Of a DNA stretch of 50,198 nucleotides, positions 1-9,515 are shown piece by piece. Position 1 is the first letter of the stretch. The number at the start of each line of letters is the position of its first letter. A model generated the notes under the pieces. The model searched no databases. It saw only the letters and a list, made by a program, of their open reading frames with translations, and was not told the origin of the DNA. The position numbers and the translations under genes are program-made. The stretch comes from Candidatus Zambryskibacteria bacterium RIFCSPLOWO2_02_FULL_39_26 (GTDB lineage: Bacteria > Patescibacteriota > Minisyncoccia > Phycocordibacterales > DATDWN01): contig MHWN01000019.1 in NCBI GenBank assembly GCA_001825395.1, positions 1 to 50,198 of the forward strand, in the 5' to 3' direction.

Positions 1-69
1 ACTGACTCCTTACAGGAGCTGTACGCCTTTTGGATCTTTTTCAGAAGAATAAGTATTAATTTGCTTTGT

Positions 70-142
70 GCGCGTGTAGCTCAGCTGGTAGAGCGCTCGA
101 CTGATACTCGTGAGGTCCATGGTTCGAACCCATGCACGCGCA
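70..142 (+). tRNA. tRNA-Ile(GAT), CCA not encoded
   Basis: Cloverleaf: GCGCGTG/CACGCGC acceptor, GCTC/GAGC D-arm, CTCGA-CTGATAC-TCGTG anticodon arm (one T-T mismatch), CATGG-TTCGAAC-CCATG T-arm. Confidence 0.9.
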
Positions 143-211
143 CAAAGCACGGTAGTTTATTCTTCTGAAAAAGCTCTCGAAAGGTCTTGCGAAAGTGCCC
201 CGCACTTTCGC

Positions 212-249
212 ACTCGTGAGGTCCATGGTTCGAACCCATGCACGCGCAC
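212..249 (+). repeat. 38-bp exact duplicate of the tRNA-Ile 3' half (att-like scar)
   Basis: ACTCGTGAGGTCCATGGTTCGAACCCATGCACGCGCAC is identical to 106-143. Confidence 0.9.
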
Positions 250-398
250 TAGCGAAAAAATCCCAACTGCTTGGGATTTTTTCAGACTAGTGCGAGCCGG
301 AGACATGTTTTCCAGCAGGAAAACGGTCGAGGTCGGGCCGAGAAATTTTGCGAGCGACGGCGAGAAAAATATTGTTGGCCACAAGAACTTTCGGCAAC

Positions 399-430
399 AA
401 AAAAAGGGTGGCGCAACTTGCACGCCACCC
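399..430 (-). terminator. intrinsic terminator of the 451-708 gene
   Basis: GGGTGGCG/CGCCACCC stem followed by T7 on the minus strand. Confidence 0.75.
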
Positions 431-450
431 CTTCACCAATCCCGCGCCGA

Positions 451-708
451 CTAGCGCGGGCGAACAATCTTCGTCCGATTCGTGTTGATGGGTCGGGTCA
501 TCCGATGCCACCAACCCGGAAACCAAGCTAGGAACATCCTGTCGGCTTCCAGAGACATCACGAAAATTGCGATGATGGATACGGCTCCGACCGCCATCCA
601 CGAGTTAGTCGGAATTACCGAGTCGTCCGGGACTTCGAGCCCGCCCACAGACGTGAGAGCGAGAACGAAAAACATGCCGAAGATCAAGCCTCTGATGCTG
701 ATTTGCAT
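451..708 (-). CDS. small orphan membrane protein (85 aa, 2 hydrophobic segments), SD-led cassette 1
   Basis: ORF with AAGGAG 6 nt upstream of ATG, own promoter and terminator. Confidence 0.7.
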   Translation of the reverse strand: MQISIRGLIFGMFFVLALTSVGGLEVPDDSVIPTNSWMAVGAVSIIAIFVMSLEADRMFLAWFPGWWHRMTRPINTNRTKIVRPR

Positions 709-731
709 CGTGGTCTCCTTTTCAACCCTAA

Positions 732-760
732 ATTATATACTACTTTGTATGTAAAGTCAA
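732..760 (-). promoter_or_regulatory. sigma70-type promoter TTGACT-17-TATAAT
   Basis: Near-consensus hexamers with 17-bp spacer. Confidence 0.75.
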
Positions 761-773
761 GTATTTTTCGAGT

Positions 774-807
774 AGCAAAATACCCCTATTTCTAGGGGTA
801 TTTTGCT
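774..807. terminator. bidirectional hairpin downstream of 16S
   Basis: AGCAAAATACCCCTA-tttc-TAGGGGTATTTTGCT perfect inverted repeat. Confidence 0.6.
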
Positions 808-816
808 TATATCATC

Positions 817-836
817 CTTTATTTTGTTCCGTTCAA
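817..836. other. 3' arm of pre-16S processing stem (pairs with 6430-6449)
   Basis: CTTTATTTTGTTCCGTTCAA is the exact reverse complement of 6430-6449. Confidence 0.8.
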
Positions 837-996
837 TCCAGTCTTTCCCGGTGTCATGCCGATTTAATGACTACGGCAATCGTCAATTATGTGCTCAATT
901 GAAGCACACAATATCGACTCACATTCTTCTGTCAAAGACAGAAAAGGTTTCAAATTGAATTATTCCACGACCAGCTTCCGCTAGCCGTGCCTTGTT

Positions 997-1776
997 CAGG
1001 CACTTCTACATGTCGCCATGTAGCTTGGACTATATCATCATCCGTTGAAAGAAAATTTCTGCTTTTATTGGATGCCATGATCCTATTATTCTAGCAAATT
1101 CTTTGTGGCTCCTTCGACTAACAAAGAATCTCCAATAATACGGATCTACCCTTTTACTTGGATTGTGGATTTTTCCACATCCTATTCCAAGACCAATAAG
1201 AATACTTTTTAAGGTTTCCATTTTTTCGAAGTCTTTTTGAACTAACTGAATGTAGAATTCGTCACGAGTTCGTGGAATTCCACCCTCGGCATCAAAAAAT
1301 CCTCGAATATAAGCAATTTTCTCTCCTTCTGTCATTAGTGTGATCGGATCAAAAGAGAAATGTAGATCTTTACATACTGTTTCCAGTATATAATAATCAC
1401 GATCTTTCCCTTCTTTATAGATCCATGCATTCACACCAACCGACATCAATAAATCTTTCAACATATCGAGCCATTCCGGATATTTCTGTCCAAAACGGAT
1501 TCTTTTTTTCTTATTAAGAGAGGCGTCATGCATAGCTCCTTGAAGATACGCATATATTTCTCTCTTACTCAATACTCCAGATTTAAACGGAGTTCGGCGT
1601 GTAGTCTCTGAGGGGTTACTCTTTATTAAAAGAGAACTTCCCTGCTGATTGTCTGCACTTAAAGCATTTTCACTCATTTGGTAATTATACCAAGTGAGTA
1701 GCCTAAGATACACAGAGTTTCCAGCATACAGCCAATTTTTTCACAAAGAATTACTTCTTTGGGTCGCAACAAGTTT
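997..1776 (-). mobile_element. group I intron after 16S U1498
   Basis: AAGTCGT|AACAAGG split, terminal G, guide CTTGTT-GCGAC pairs with both exons, AATCAGCAGG and CAGAGACTAC core motifs. Confidence 0.92.
1030..1677 (-). CDS. LAGLIDADG homing endonuclease (S1498 intron), probably leaderless
   Basis: YLQGAMHDAS and YIRGFFDAEG motifs; TGnTATAAT 6 nt before ATG at 1677 (ORF track extends to 1713). Confidence 0.88.
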   Translation of the reverse strand: MSENALSADNQQGSSLLIKSNPSETTRRTPFKSGVLSKREIYAYLQGAMHDASLNKKKRIRFGQKYPEWLDMLKDLLMSVGVNAWIYKEGKDRDYYILETVCKDLHFSFDPITLMTEGEKIAYIRGFFDAEGGIPRTRDEFYIQLVQKDFEKMETLKSILIGLGIGCGKIHNPSKRVDPYYWRFFVSRRSHKEFARIIGSWHPIKAEIFFQRMMI

Positions 1777-2088
1777 ACGACTTACTCCCTGTTACCGAAT
1801 TTACCGTGGTCTAGCATACGCTAGCCTTCGGGTATTCCCGGTTCCCTTGAGTTGACGGGCGGTGAGTACAAGACTTGAGAACGTATTCACCGCGGTATAG
1901 CTGACCCGCGATTACTAGCAATTCCAACTTCATGGGGTCGAGTTTCAGCCCCCAATCTGAACTGGGGCGACTTTTATTAAGATTGGCTCAGGGTTACCCC
2001 GTCGCAACTCGTTGTAGTCGCCATTGTATTATGTGTGTAGCCCAAGGTATCAAAGGGACATGCTGACCTGGCGTCATCCTCGCCTTCC

Positions 2089-2237
2089 TCCCAGCTTTTT
2101 GCTAGCAAGCAAAAAGTAGTTTGATAAGTTAAAAAAGTTTAAGAAGTTTTATAAGTTTTTGAATTCTAACTTATTCAACTTTTCTGACTTATTAACTTAT
2201 ACAACTTGCTTTTTGAGCTTACGCTCAAAAAGCTGGG
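2089..2237 (-). repeat. ~150-nt hairpin expansion in 16S helix 40 region
   Basis: CCCAGCTTTTTG...CAAAAAGCTGGG arms enclosing AAGTT/AACTT units in place of a short loop. Confidence 0.8.
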
Positions 2238-2681
2238 CAGTCTCGCCTGATACGTATAACAGACAACGAGGGTTGCGTTCGTTACCCCACTTAAGGGAAC
2301 AATTCAAATCACGAACTGACGACGGCCATGCATCACCTGTCCAACTGTCCTTGTGAGACGGCACACGTTTCTGCGTGCCTTCAGTTGGATTTCTAACCTT
2401 GGTAAGGTTCTTCGTTTATCATCGAATTAAACCACATAATCCACTGCTTGTGCAAGTCCCCGTCTATTCCTTTGAGTTTTAACCTTGCGGTCGTACTACC
2501 CAGGCGCCGAGCTTAACGCGTTAGCTTCGTCTCTCAGAGGGTCGATACTCCGAAAAACCAGCTCGGAAAGTTTAGGGCGTGGACTACTGGGGTATCTACA
2601 TACGTGTTACTTCTTTCGAAGACCACTGTACCCAGTATTACAGATGGATCTCTATGTCGCCATAGAGGTCGGACTATATCA

Positions 2682-3404
2682 TTATCTTAATGTAAACTGT
2701 CGCAACGAATATGTTTCTTTTGGATTATGGTAGGAATCTATCATTTTTTCCAGAAGTTTTTGTTTTTCAATGTTCGGCCAGAATCGTGATGTGTGCGTAA
2801 TATGCACACCATCAATAAATCCGACTTTTTGATAAAACTTTTTCATATTTTCTTTGTCTCTTATTTTTACTTTACCATCCCCTGCATCACAGGCTGTAAT
2901 ACCTAGTGATTGGAGGAGAGTGATATATTCTTTTCTGAGCTTTGGATGAGCACAAGCGAGATAGACTCCACGAATCAGCCATTTAGCTTCATCTTTTTTA
3001 GTCTTTCTCCGTGCTACATACAAACTCACTCCACCATCACAACTAAATGCTGATTGCAAGAATTCTTTTACGACGTTATGTCGAATAAGTTCTTCAATTG
3101 GTAACTTAGTTTTAGGAAGCTCGCCATTTTTATACCGAAGTGTTCGGAATGTTCCAAACTTTTCAGTAAATAATTGACCTGCTTCTTTTGAATCAACGAT
3201 CGCTCGATGGAGTCCGTCAGAAGTCATGTCCAAACGGACACGATTTTCTGGTAATGCAAATTCTTGCATTATAGACTCTTTGAAAATCGAAACAAGTCGC
3301 TGTGATTTATTGGAGAAGTAGAATCGCCAGCTGTTTCTGCCTTTCGGCGACAAACAACCGTCGGTAAAAATAAGTCCAAGTAATGTTGCAGTAGTTTTGT
3401 TCAT
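2682..3404 (-). CDS. double-motif LAGLIDADG homing endonuclease (S788 intron)
   Basis: LLGLIFTDGCL and FLQSAFSCDGGV motifs, located in intron. Confidence 0.85.
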   Translation of the reverse strand: MNKTTATLLGLIFTDGCLSPKGRNSWRFYFSNKSQRLVSIFKESIMQEFALPENRVRLDMTSDGLHRAIVDSKEAGQLFTEKFGTFRTLRYKNGELPKTKLPIEELIRHNVVKEFLQSAFSCDGGVSLYVARRKTKKDEAKWLIRGVYLACAHPKLRKEYITLLQSLGITACDAGDGKVKIRDKENMKKFYQKVGFIDGVHITHTSRFWPNIEKQKLLEKMIDSYHNPKETYSLRQFTLR

Positions 3405-3470
3405 TAAGATATTCGGCGTTTAGTCTCTGAGGGGTCAATCAAGCACTAATTTTTGGAGTCAAGATAATAC

Positions 3471-3499
3471 TTGACAATAATAGTAGTCTATGTTATTCT
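3471..3499 (+). promoter_or_regulatory. promoter TTGACA-17-TGnTATTCT antisense to the 16S transcript
   Basis: Consensus -35, 17-bp spacer, extended -10. Confidence 0.7.
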
Positions 3500-3516
3500 G
3501 TTAGTCGGAGGTGACC

Positions 3517-3636
3517 ATGACAGACACAAAGAATTTTGCCGAGTCCTTGGAAGGAAAGGGTCTCACACCGCAAGAGAAAGCTGTCCTGATGAAACAGGCT
3601 GGACTTCCCTACGATGAGAATTCTCCCAAAAGGTAG
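3517..3636 (+). CDS. 39-aa orphan peptide MTDTKNFAESLEGKGLTPQEKAVLMKQAGLPYDENSPKR, SD-led cassette 2, antisense within S788 intron
   Basis: GGAGGTGA at 3507-3514, ATG 3517, TAG 3634-3636; below ORF-track cutoff and translated by hand. Confidence 0.65.
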   Translation: MTDTKNFAESLEGKGLTPQEKAVLMKQAGLPYDENSPKR

Positions 3637-3705
3637 CCTGGCGGATGCTTTGGAGCGACGTATCGCGCGACTCGCGATTATGAAGCTTTAGGCCAGGCGG
3701 TTCTC

Positions 3706-3745
3706 GAGAGGTTGTGTCGTTCCGACACAACCTCTTATTCTTTTT
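3706..3745 (+). terminator. intrinsic terminator of the intron-embedded cassette
   Basis: AGAGGTTGTGTCG-ttc-CGACACAACCTCT followed by TATTCTTTTT. Confidence 0.7.
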
Positions 3746-4176
3746 CCAAAAATTAGTGCTTGATGACTTCCCTGCTGATTGCCTGCACTCAAAACATTTT
3801 CACTTACTTAATAATTATACTAAATAAGTAGTCTGAGATACACAGGTATTCCAGCATACAGCCAAATTCTCATTCCGACGTCACCGTCGGAAGGGACCAG
3901 ATCGATCCCATTCGCTACCCACGCTTTCGTGTTTCAGTGTCAGGAGTGGCCCAATGAACTGCCTTCGCTTTTGGTGTTCCCCATGATATCAACGGATTTC
4001 ACCCCTACTCCATGAGTTCCATTCATCCCTGCCATCCTCTAGCTGTGCCGTTTCAATCGCACTTCCGAGGTTAAGCCTCGGGTTTTAACAATTGACTAAC
4101 ACTGCCACCTACACACCCTTTACGCCCAATGATTCCGGATAACGCTCGGGGCACTCGTATTACCGCTGCTGCTGGC

Positions 4177-5117
4177 CAATTTATTCTCATATCACTACGA
4201 GGATTGGACTATATCATCATCCATTATTTATTTTAAAAACAAATAATGGAGTTCGGCGTCTGATAGAAAATTTAAAAATCTCTCTATCTCACTGTTTTGG
4301 AAGTTTTTTAGACTTTCTCAAGATCAGTCTCTGAGGGGTCAAGTATAATTTGGGGTAGTTTGTAATCAAAACAGGATAAAATGTATGGCTGTATGGTGGA
4401 AAGAAAAATATCTCTTCCATCTTTGCCAACATATAGTTTTATATATTTCTTGCCTCTGCAAGATGGTGTTTGTATAGAAGTTTTTATTTTAAACTTTTCA
4501 TACAATACTTCTTGCAAAAGTCTTACATCTGATTGGCTGAATGAATCAGTACTAAAGGAAAACGAGTAATGTGATTTGACTCGATAATCCAATGTTCCAT
4601 CATCCATAAACCAAACTGCAAGACTAAGAGAAGAAACTGGTAACTTTTTAATAGTAGCTGGAACTGATTTTGACCCTGATCCATAGAACAAATTTCTAAA
4701 GAAATCTAATTCAACAAGAGATCTCGTGCTGAAATACCATTGCCCATTATCTTTTCTTTGTTTAGGAGGAGTTTTGACTAGATTTTGAAACTCATTATAG
4801 AGCCAGAAAACGTAATCTTTTTTGCGTTCAGACTGTTTTATTTGTAATCTGCTCGCCTTGAAACCATCATGTTCCAAGTATCCATCTCCCAACAAAGTTC
4901 CTACTACTATTTCTTTTTGTCGTTCTGTTAAACTCACTACTTAATTATACCGACTTTCCTGCTGATTGTCTGTCAAGAATCTCTTATGAGACGCAGCTCT
5001 TAACAGATTTCCAGCATATAAGCCGAATTTGCTTAGAACCTTACGATTCTAAGTCGCGCACAGTAATTACGAATTTTTAATGCTACTAAATTGGAAGTGG
5101 AGCTTAATCCACATTTC
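4177..5117 (-). mobile_element. group I intron after 16S U516
   Basis: CTCGT|GCCAGCAGC split, terminal G, core motifs. Confidence 0.92.
4308..4937 (-). CDS. LAGLIDADG_2-type homing endonuclease (S516 intron)
   Basis: VVGTLLGDG and LAVWFMDDG motifs; TATAAT 6 nt before GTG start. Confidence 0.9.
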   Translation of the reverse strand: MSLTERQKEIVVGTLLGDGYLEHDGFKASRLQIKQSERKKDYVFWLYNEFQNLVKTPPKQRKDNGQWYFSTRSLVELDFFRNLFYGSGSKSVPATIKKLPVSSLSLAVWFMDDGTLDYRVKSHYSFSFSTDSFSQSDVRLLQEVLYEKFKIKTSIQTPSCRGKKYIKLYVGKDGRDIFLSTIQPYILSCFDYKLPQIILDPSETDLEKV

Positions 5118-5285
5118 ACGAGTTTAGCAACCCCTTATTCGTGAGGTACTATCAATAAACTTTCTCCCTCATAAAAGATGTTTACGACCCAGAGGGTCTT
5201 CATCCATCACGCGGTGTCGCTCCATCAGACTTTCGTCCATTGTGGAAGATTCTCGACTGCGGCCACCCGTAGGTGTATGGTCCGT

Positions 5286-6019
5286 CATAGTGTTTTCCCC
5301 GATCACTCGGGGTATCAGACTATACCTTCATCCTCGACTAAACTTGTAAATTTAGAGAGGAGCCAACATGTTAGCTTGTACATAGGTCTTCTAACCGGTA
5401 CAAACTCTCTCGCGTCAATTTATAAAATTGTACGAGAAGTCGTTACGGGGTCAAATGATAAAAATTTTCTTTTTCCGCCAGTTTTCGAATTTAGAGATCG
5501 TATTTCTTCAATCTTTTTAAGGATTGAGGAATAATTTTCGTCTGAAATTCGATTTGTCCGGAGGTTATCGCCAAATTGAGATAATATCTCAAGAGCGATA
5601 CTTGCTTGTTTCTTTTTCAAAATAAGATGCGGAAGCATTTTATTGAGAATGCGGCGTACGTCTTTGCGGTCTACAATTACTAACTCCGCTTGATCGTGCG
5701 CCACAGAAACCCGCACTTTTCCCGCATTAAGATATTTTTGCATTTTCTCTAACATATCGATATGTCGAATATGTTGAGTGAAATTAATCCGAATGCGAGG
5801 ACGATATAAACGCTGGTATTGTGGAGACTGTTTCGTCAGTATTGCTACCAAAGAACCGTCTCCATCAAAGAAACCTGCGATATACGCGTCAGAAAACTTT
5901 TTTTCATCGACTTCCCACGGTATTGCCTTCATATACATGTATTATATCATGTCCTCTGAAGGTTCCACCGTTATGAGTTGGATTTTACTTGAGAATCACT
6001 TCTCAAGGAGACAAATTTT
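5286..6019 (-). mobile_element. group I intron after 16S position ~328
   Basis: CTGAGAT|ACGGACC split with exon-terminal U and intron-terminal G. Confidence 0.88.
5420..5938 (-). CDS. single-motif LAGLIDADG homing endonuclease (S328 intron)
   Basis: YIAGFFDGDGS motif and PHLILKKKQA segment typical of the I-CreI-like family. Confidence 0.9.
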   Translation of the reverse strand: MYMKAIPWEVDEKKFSDAYIAGFFDGDGSLVAILTKQSPQYQRLYRPRIRINFTQHIRHIDMLEKMQKYLNAGKVRVSVAHDQAELVIVDRKDVRRILNKMLPHLILKKKQASIALEILSQFGDNLRTNRISDENYSSILKKIEEIRSLNSKTGGKRKFLSFDPVTTSRTIL

Positions 6020-6460
6020 ATCTCAGTACCATCGGTGGGGGCCAAGCTCTCACTCCCCCTAAGCGTCATTGCCTTGGTAGGCCATTACCCTACCAACTAG
6101 CTGATACTCCGCAGGCCATTCTTTTAGCGCAACTGTAATAAAACAGCGCTTTACTCCGAAGAGACTATCAAGTATTACCCAATCTTTCGACTAGTTATTC
6201 CTGACTAAAAGGGATGTGCCCACGTGTTACTACCTCGTTCGCCACTGCTCTTGCGAGCCGTTTGACTTGCATGCCTTATCCACACCGCCAGCGTTCATCC
6301 TGAGCTAGGATCAAACTCTTAAAATAATTTCTGTGAAATTATTTTATCCGACCCATGAGACGAAGTCTCGTCTGGGTTTAGGATAAGCCCTAAACGCTTT
6401 CGCGTCGGGCAAAATTTGATTCACAAATTTTGAACGGAACAAAATAAAGAAGAATATAAT

Positions 6461-6549
6461 TTAGTCTATAAAGTCAAGGGTCTTAAAGTCTGTAAAGTAA
6501 ATTTGAATTCACTTTATGGACTTTATGGACTTTATGGACTTTCTACTTA
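6461..6549. repeat. palindrome family A (TAAAGTC/GACTTTA units), 16S leader copy 1
   Basis: Near-identical to 6642-6732; related to 20353-20430, 28167-28258, 32886-32975. Confidence 0.85.
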
Positions 6550-6641
6550 TCTTGGGCTGTTGTGATGTTTTTTATGATTGATTTTTATTGATATTGAAAA
6601 TCGTTGCTTAGATTTTCATATCCGAAAGCATTTATAGGAAA

Positions 6642-6732
6642 CTAGTCTATAAAGTCAAAGGTCTTAAAGTCTGTAAAGTAAATCTGAATTCACTTTATGG
6701 ACTTTTAACTTTATGGACTTTACGGACTACTT
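6642..6732. repeat. palindrome family A, 16S leader copy 2
   Basis: TAGTCTATAAAGTCAAAGGTCTTAAAGTCTGTAAAGT...ACTTTATGGACTTT. Confidence 0.85.
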
Positions 6733-6843
6733 AGTTTCTTGCACTTATAAATACATTCTTGCCCGACCAAATAATAATTTGGTTTAGGGCTATAATTCAT
6801 TCAATTTTCAATGAACTAAAATGTGCCTTTTGGGCACCATAGT

Positions 6844-6871
6844 AGTATAGTCATTTTTCAAATCGAGTCAA
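6844..6871 (-). promoter_or_regulatory. 16S rRNA promoter TTGACT-16-TATACT
   Basis: 16-bp spacer typical of rRNA promoters, upstream of the 16S leader. Confidence 0.7.
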
Positions 6872-6984
6872 GTCCTGAATCCCTTTATTTTTAAGTAAAT
6901 GACCGCACCTGAAACATTCCACACGCCGATGAGAGTCTGCCTTTACAGGTAAATCGTAAAACATATTTTGCCTCCATAGAAATA

Positions 6985-7896
6985 CTACACTTTCTTCTGA
7001 AACTTTTCAAGAGTGACGAGCAATGGGCTTGCGACGAAAATTGAGGAGTAAGTTCCGGCGATGATACCGACGAGAAGGACGAAGGCAAAATCTTTTGTAG
7101 ACTCTCCACCTATGAAATACAGAGCGACAAGAGCGAAGAAAATTGTAAGCGAGGTGTTAATTGATCTGCCGAAGGTTTGAGTAACTGACTTACCAACGGT
7201 TTGCTCAAATGTCACTTTCGAGCTCAGTGAGAGGTTTAAACTCTCACGAAGATTTTCTCGTACTCGGTCAAATACTACTATGGTATCGTGGACAGAGTAG
7301 CCGAGAATGGCCAAGAGTGCCGTGACGAAAAGCAAATCAATCTCTCCTCCGCGAAAATGAGTCCATGTTACGAAAATCCCAGTTGGAATAATAACATCGT
7401 GCGCTAAGGCAACAATCGTAGCCAAACCATATTTCCAAGAAGCCACAGGACGAGAAACTTTTCTAAAAGCGAATGTGATAAAAAGTACTATGCAAATAAT
7501 CACAATAACTATGGCGATCATAGCTTTATTTTTGAGCTGATCCCCAACTACAGGACCGATTGAGTTAAACCTCTCTTCTTTTGCCGGATTTACAGAATCT
7601 TTTTGAAATGCGCCCAATACAACCATTTTTTCTCCAGGAGTTAAATCTCGAGACTTTAAGATATATCGCAAATCCCCTGAAGGAGAGAGAATATATGTGC
7701 CAATATTTAAAGTATCCAAACTTTCCTTGATTGACTCTGGGGCTGGTCTTGAAGTAGCATAGCTTATTTCCAAAAGTGACCCCCCTTTGAAATCAATGCC
7801 GAGGTTAAAACCGTACACGAACACAGCCAGTACTGAACCTGCAATGAGCAAAGTTGAGAGCATGAAAAATATTTTTCTGTGATTAATTATATACAT
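6985..7896 (-). CDS. secF: protein translocase subunit SecF
   Basis: LGIDFKGG, GYSVHDTIVVFDRVREN, GTYSSIFVA motifs. Confidence 0.97.
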   Translation of the reverse strand: MYIINHRKIFFMLSTLLIAGSVLAVFVYGFNLGIDFKGGSLLEISYATSRPAPESIKESLDTLNIGTYILSPSGDLRYILKSRDLTPGEKMVVLGAFQKDSVNPAKEERFNSIGPVVGDQLKNKAMIAIVIVIICIVLFITFAFRKVSRPVASWKYGLATIVALAHDVIIPTGIFVTWTHFRGGEIDLLFVTALLAILGYSVHDTIVVFDRVRENLRESLNLSLSSKVTFEQTVGKSVTQTFGRSINTSLTIFFALVALYFIGGESTKDFAFVLLVGIIAGTYSSIFVASPLLVTLEKFQKKV

Positions 7897-7900
7897 GTTC

Positions 7901-7997
7901 GTTTTAATTTTAAATTCTAAATTTTAAGTTTTAAATGAATGTTTTAATTTTAAAATTTGAATTTGATTTAAAATTTATAAATTAAAATTTAAAATTT
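7901..7997. repeat. AT-rich imperfect palindrome (family B-like) between secD and secF
   Basis: TTTTAAATT/AATTTAAAA units; similar tract at 9397-9505. Confidence 0.55.
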
Positions 7998-8001
7998 TGT
8001 A

Positions 8002-9354
8002 TTACATATGTAATCCGTTACTGAATAAAAATTTTTTAAACTTTGATTCGTTATTATCAAATGATTTTTTGGCCACAGCAAACAAAAATGTTCTAGATAT
8101 GGTGATGGCTGTAAGCATTGAAATTAAAACTCCTATACCCAAAGTCAGGGCGAAACCTTTGATAGCTGAAGTACCGAGCCAGAAAAGGATGATGGCGGTG
8201 ATGATTGAAGAAATGTTTGAATCGCGGATAGAAAGCCATGCTCTTGAAAAACCCTCGTGCAAGGCGTCATAAATAGATTTGCCTTTTTTCAGTTCTTCTT
8301 TGGTTCTTTCAAAAATTAAAATATTGGCATCCACCGCCATGCCGATGGAAAGTATAAATCCGGCGATGCCAGCCGCGGTCAGAGTTACGGGAATAAGTTT
8401 GAAAATAGCCAGAGACAAAATGATATAAATAACAAGAGAGACCGAGGCAAGAAACCCCGGAAGTCTGTACCAAAATATCAAAAAAATAACTATCAAAGCA
8501 AAGCCCCAAATTCCCGCTTTGACCCCTGCCGTTTTTGCATTTTCTCCAAGAGAGGCGCCGATTGTTTGGGTGGAAATAAGCTCAACCGGCACAGGTAAAG
8601 CGCCGTAGTTTAAATCGCGGACCAAGGACTTGGCTTCTTCAGTGGTAAAACCGCCTGAAATCACGGCCTTACCGTCTGTGATTTCATCTTGAATGACCGG
8701 ACTGGAAATGATCACACCATCCAGAAAAATGGCCAGCACTTCGCCTTTATGCTCTTTGGTTATCTTTCCAAACAAATCCTTTCCTTCGGGGTTAAGAGTT
8801 AAAGCCACGATTGGCTGTCCTGATATTTGACCCGATCCAGAGTTTGTAAATTGGAGTGCCGCACTGCCGATATATTGTCCATCCAAACCTGTTGGTAAAA
8901 ATACTTCGTCTATTGTTTTATTTTTCAATTCTTCTGCTGTAAAATTTTTAGCTTCTGGTCGAACGAGCTGAAACTCTAGTTGTGGAGTTTTGCCGATAAG
9001 AGCGACAGCTTGTTCAATATCAGCGACTCCCGGCAGTTCAACCAAAAGTCTCCAGTCGCTTAAACCCGAAACTATTCCGGGGTTAACCACTTGGACGACC
9101 GGCTCGCCAACGCCGAAAAGATTAACTCTTCTTTCAATGACATCGCGAAGAGAGGACATGGCATCTCCCACACTTCCTGATTTTACTTTGGAAACATCGG
9201 CTCGGTAAGTTAGCTCCGTTCCGCCGTTTAGATCAAGACCGAGTTTGAAAGCATATTTTGACCAAGTTGGTGAAGTTTGCGATTTGTAGACAAAAAAACC
9301 GATTCCGGCTACTAGAATAACTAGAAAAATCGATATTATTCTGTGTTTTAACAT
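8002..9354 (-). CDS. secD: protein translocase subunit SecD
   Basis: LGLDLNGG, GMAVDANILIFER, IRDSN motifs. Confidence 0.97.
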   Translation of the reverse strand: MLKHRIISIFLVILVAGIGFFVYKSQTSPTWSKYAFKLGLDLNGGTELTYRADVSKVKSGSVGDAMSSLRDVIERRVNLFGVGEPVVQVVNPGIVSGLSDWRLLVELPGVADIEQAVALIGKTPQLEFQLVRPEAKNFTAEELKNKTIDEVFLPTGLDGQYIGSAALQFTNSGSGQISGQPIVALTLNPEGKDLFGKITKEHKGEVLAIFLDGVIISSPVIQDEITDGKAVISGGFTTEEAKSLVRDLNYGALPVPVELISTQTIGASLGENAKTAGVKAGIWGFALIVIFLIFWYRLPGFLASVSLVIYIILSLAIFKLIPVTLTAAGIAGFILSIGMAVDANILIFERTKEELKKGKSIYDALHEGFSRAWLSIRDSNISSIITAIILFWLGTSAIKGFALTLGIGVLISMLTAITISRTFLFAVAKKSFDNNESKFKKFLFSNGLHM

Positions 9355-9515
9355 ACCCGAACTATTATAGGGATTCAGGATAATAAATCAAGAGTAAATT
9401 TTCACTTTTTAATTTAGAATTTTTAATGAATTTTCAATGATTAATTTTAAATTTTAAAATTAGAAATTAAGTAAAAATTAAAAAGTATAAAATTAAAAAT
9501 TATTTAATATTTTTT

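Larger units (their letters stand above)
2599..3904 (-). mobile_element. group I intron after 16S U788
   Basis: GGGAT|TAGATACCC split, terminal G, core motifs similar to the S1498 intron. Confidence 0.92.
953..6326 (-). rRNA. rrs: 16S rRNA gene with four group I introns; exons 6326-6020, 5285-5118, 4176-3905, 2598-1777, 996-953
   Basis: AGAGTTTGATCCTAGCTCAG at the 5' end, universal motifs rejoin exactly across introns, intact helix 45 with GGAA loop. Confidence 0.97.

Noticed and set aside
110-601. Overlapping short ORFs over the tRNA and hairpins
   Set aside because: They overlap a tRNA, repeats and terminators, and lack start signals or recognisable domains.
6461-6732. Tandem short repeats as a possible CRISPR array
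   Set aside because: Units are ~9 nt arranged as palindromes, with no unique spacers of constant length and no cas genes.
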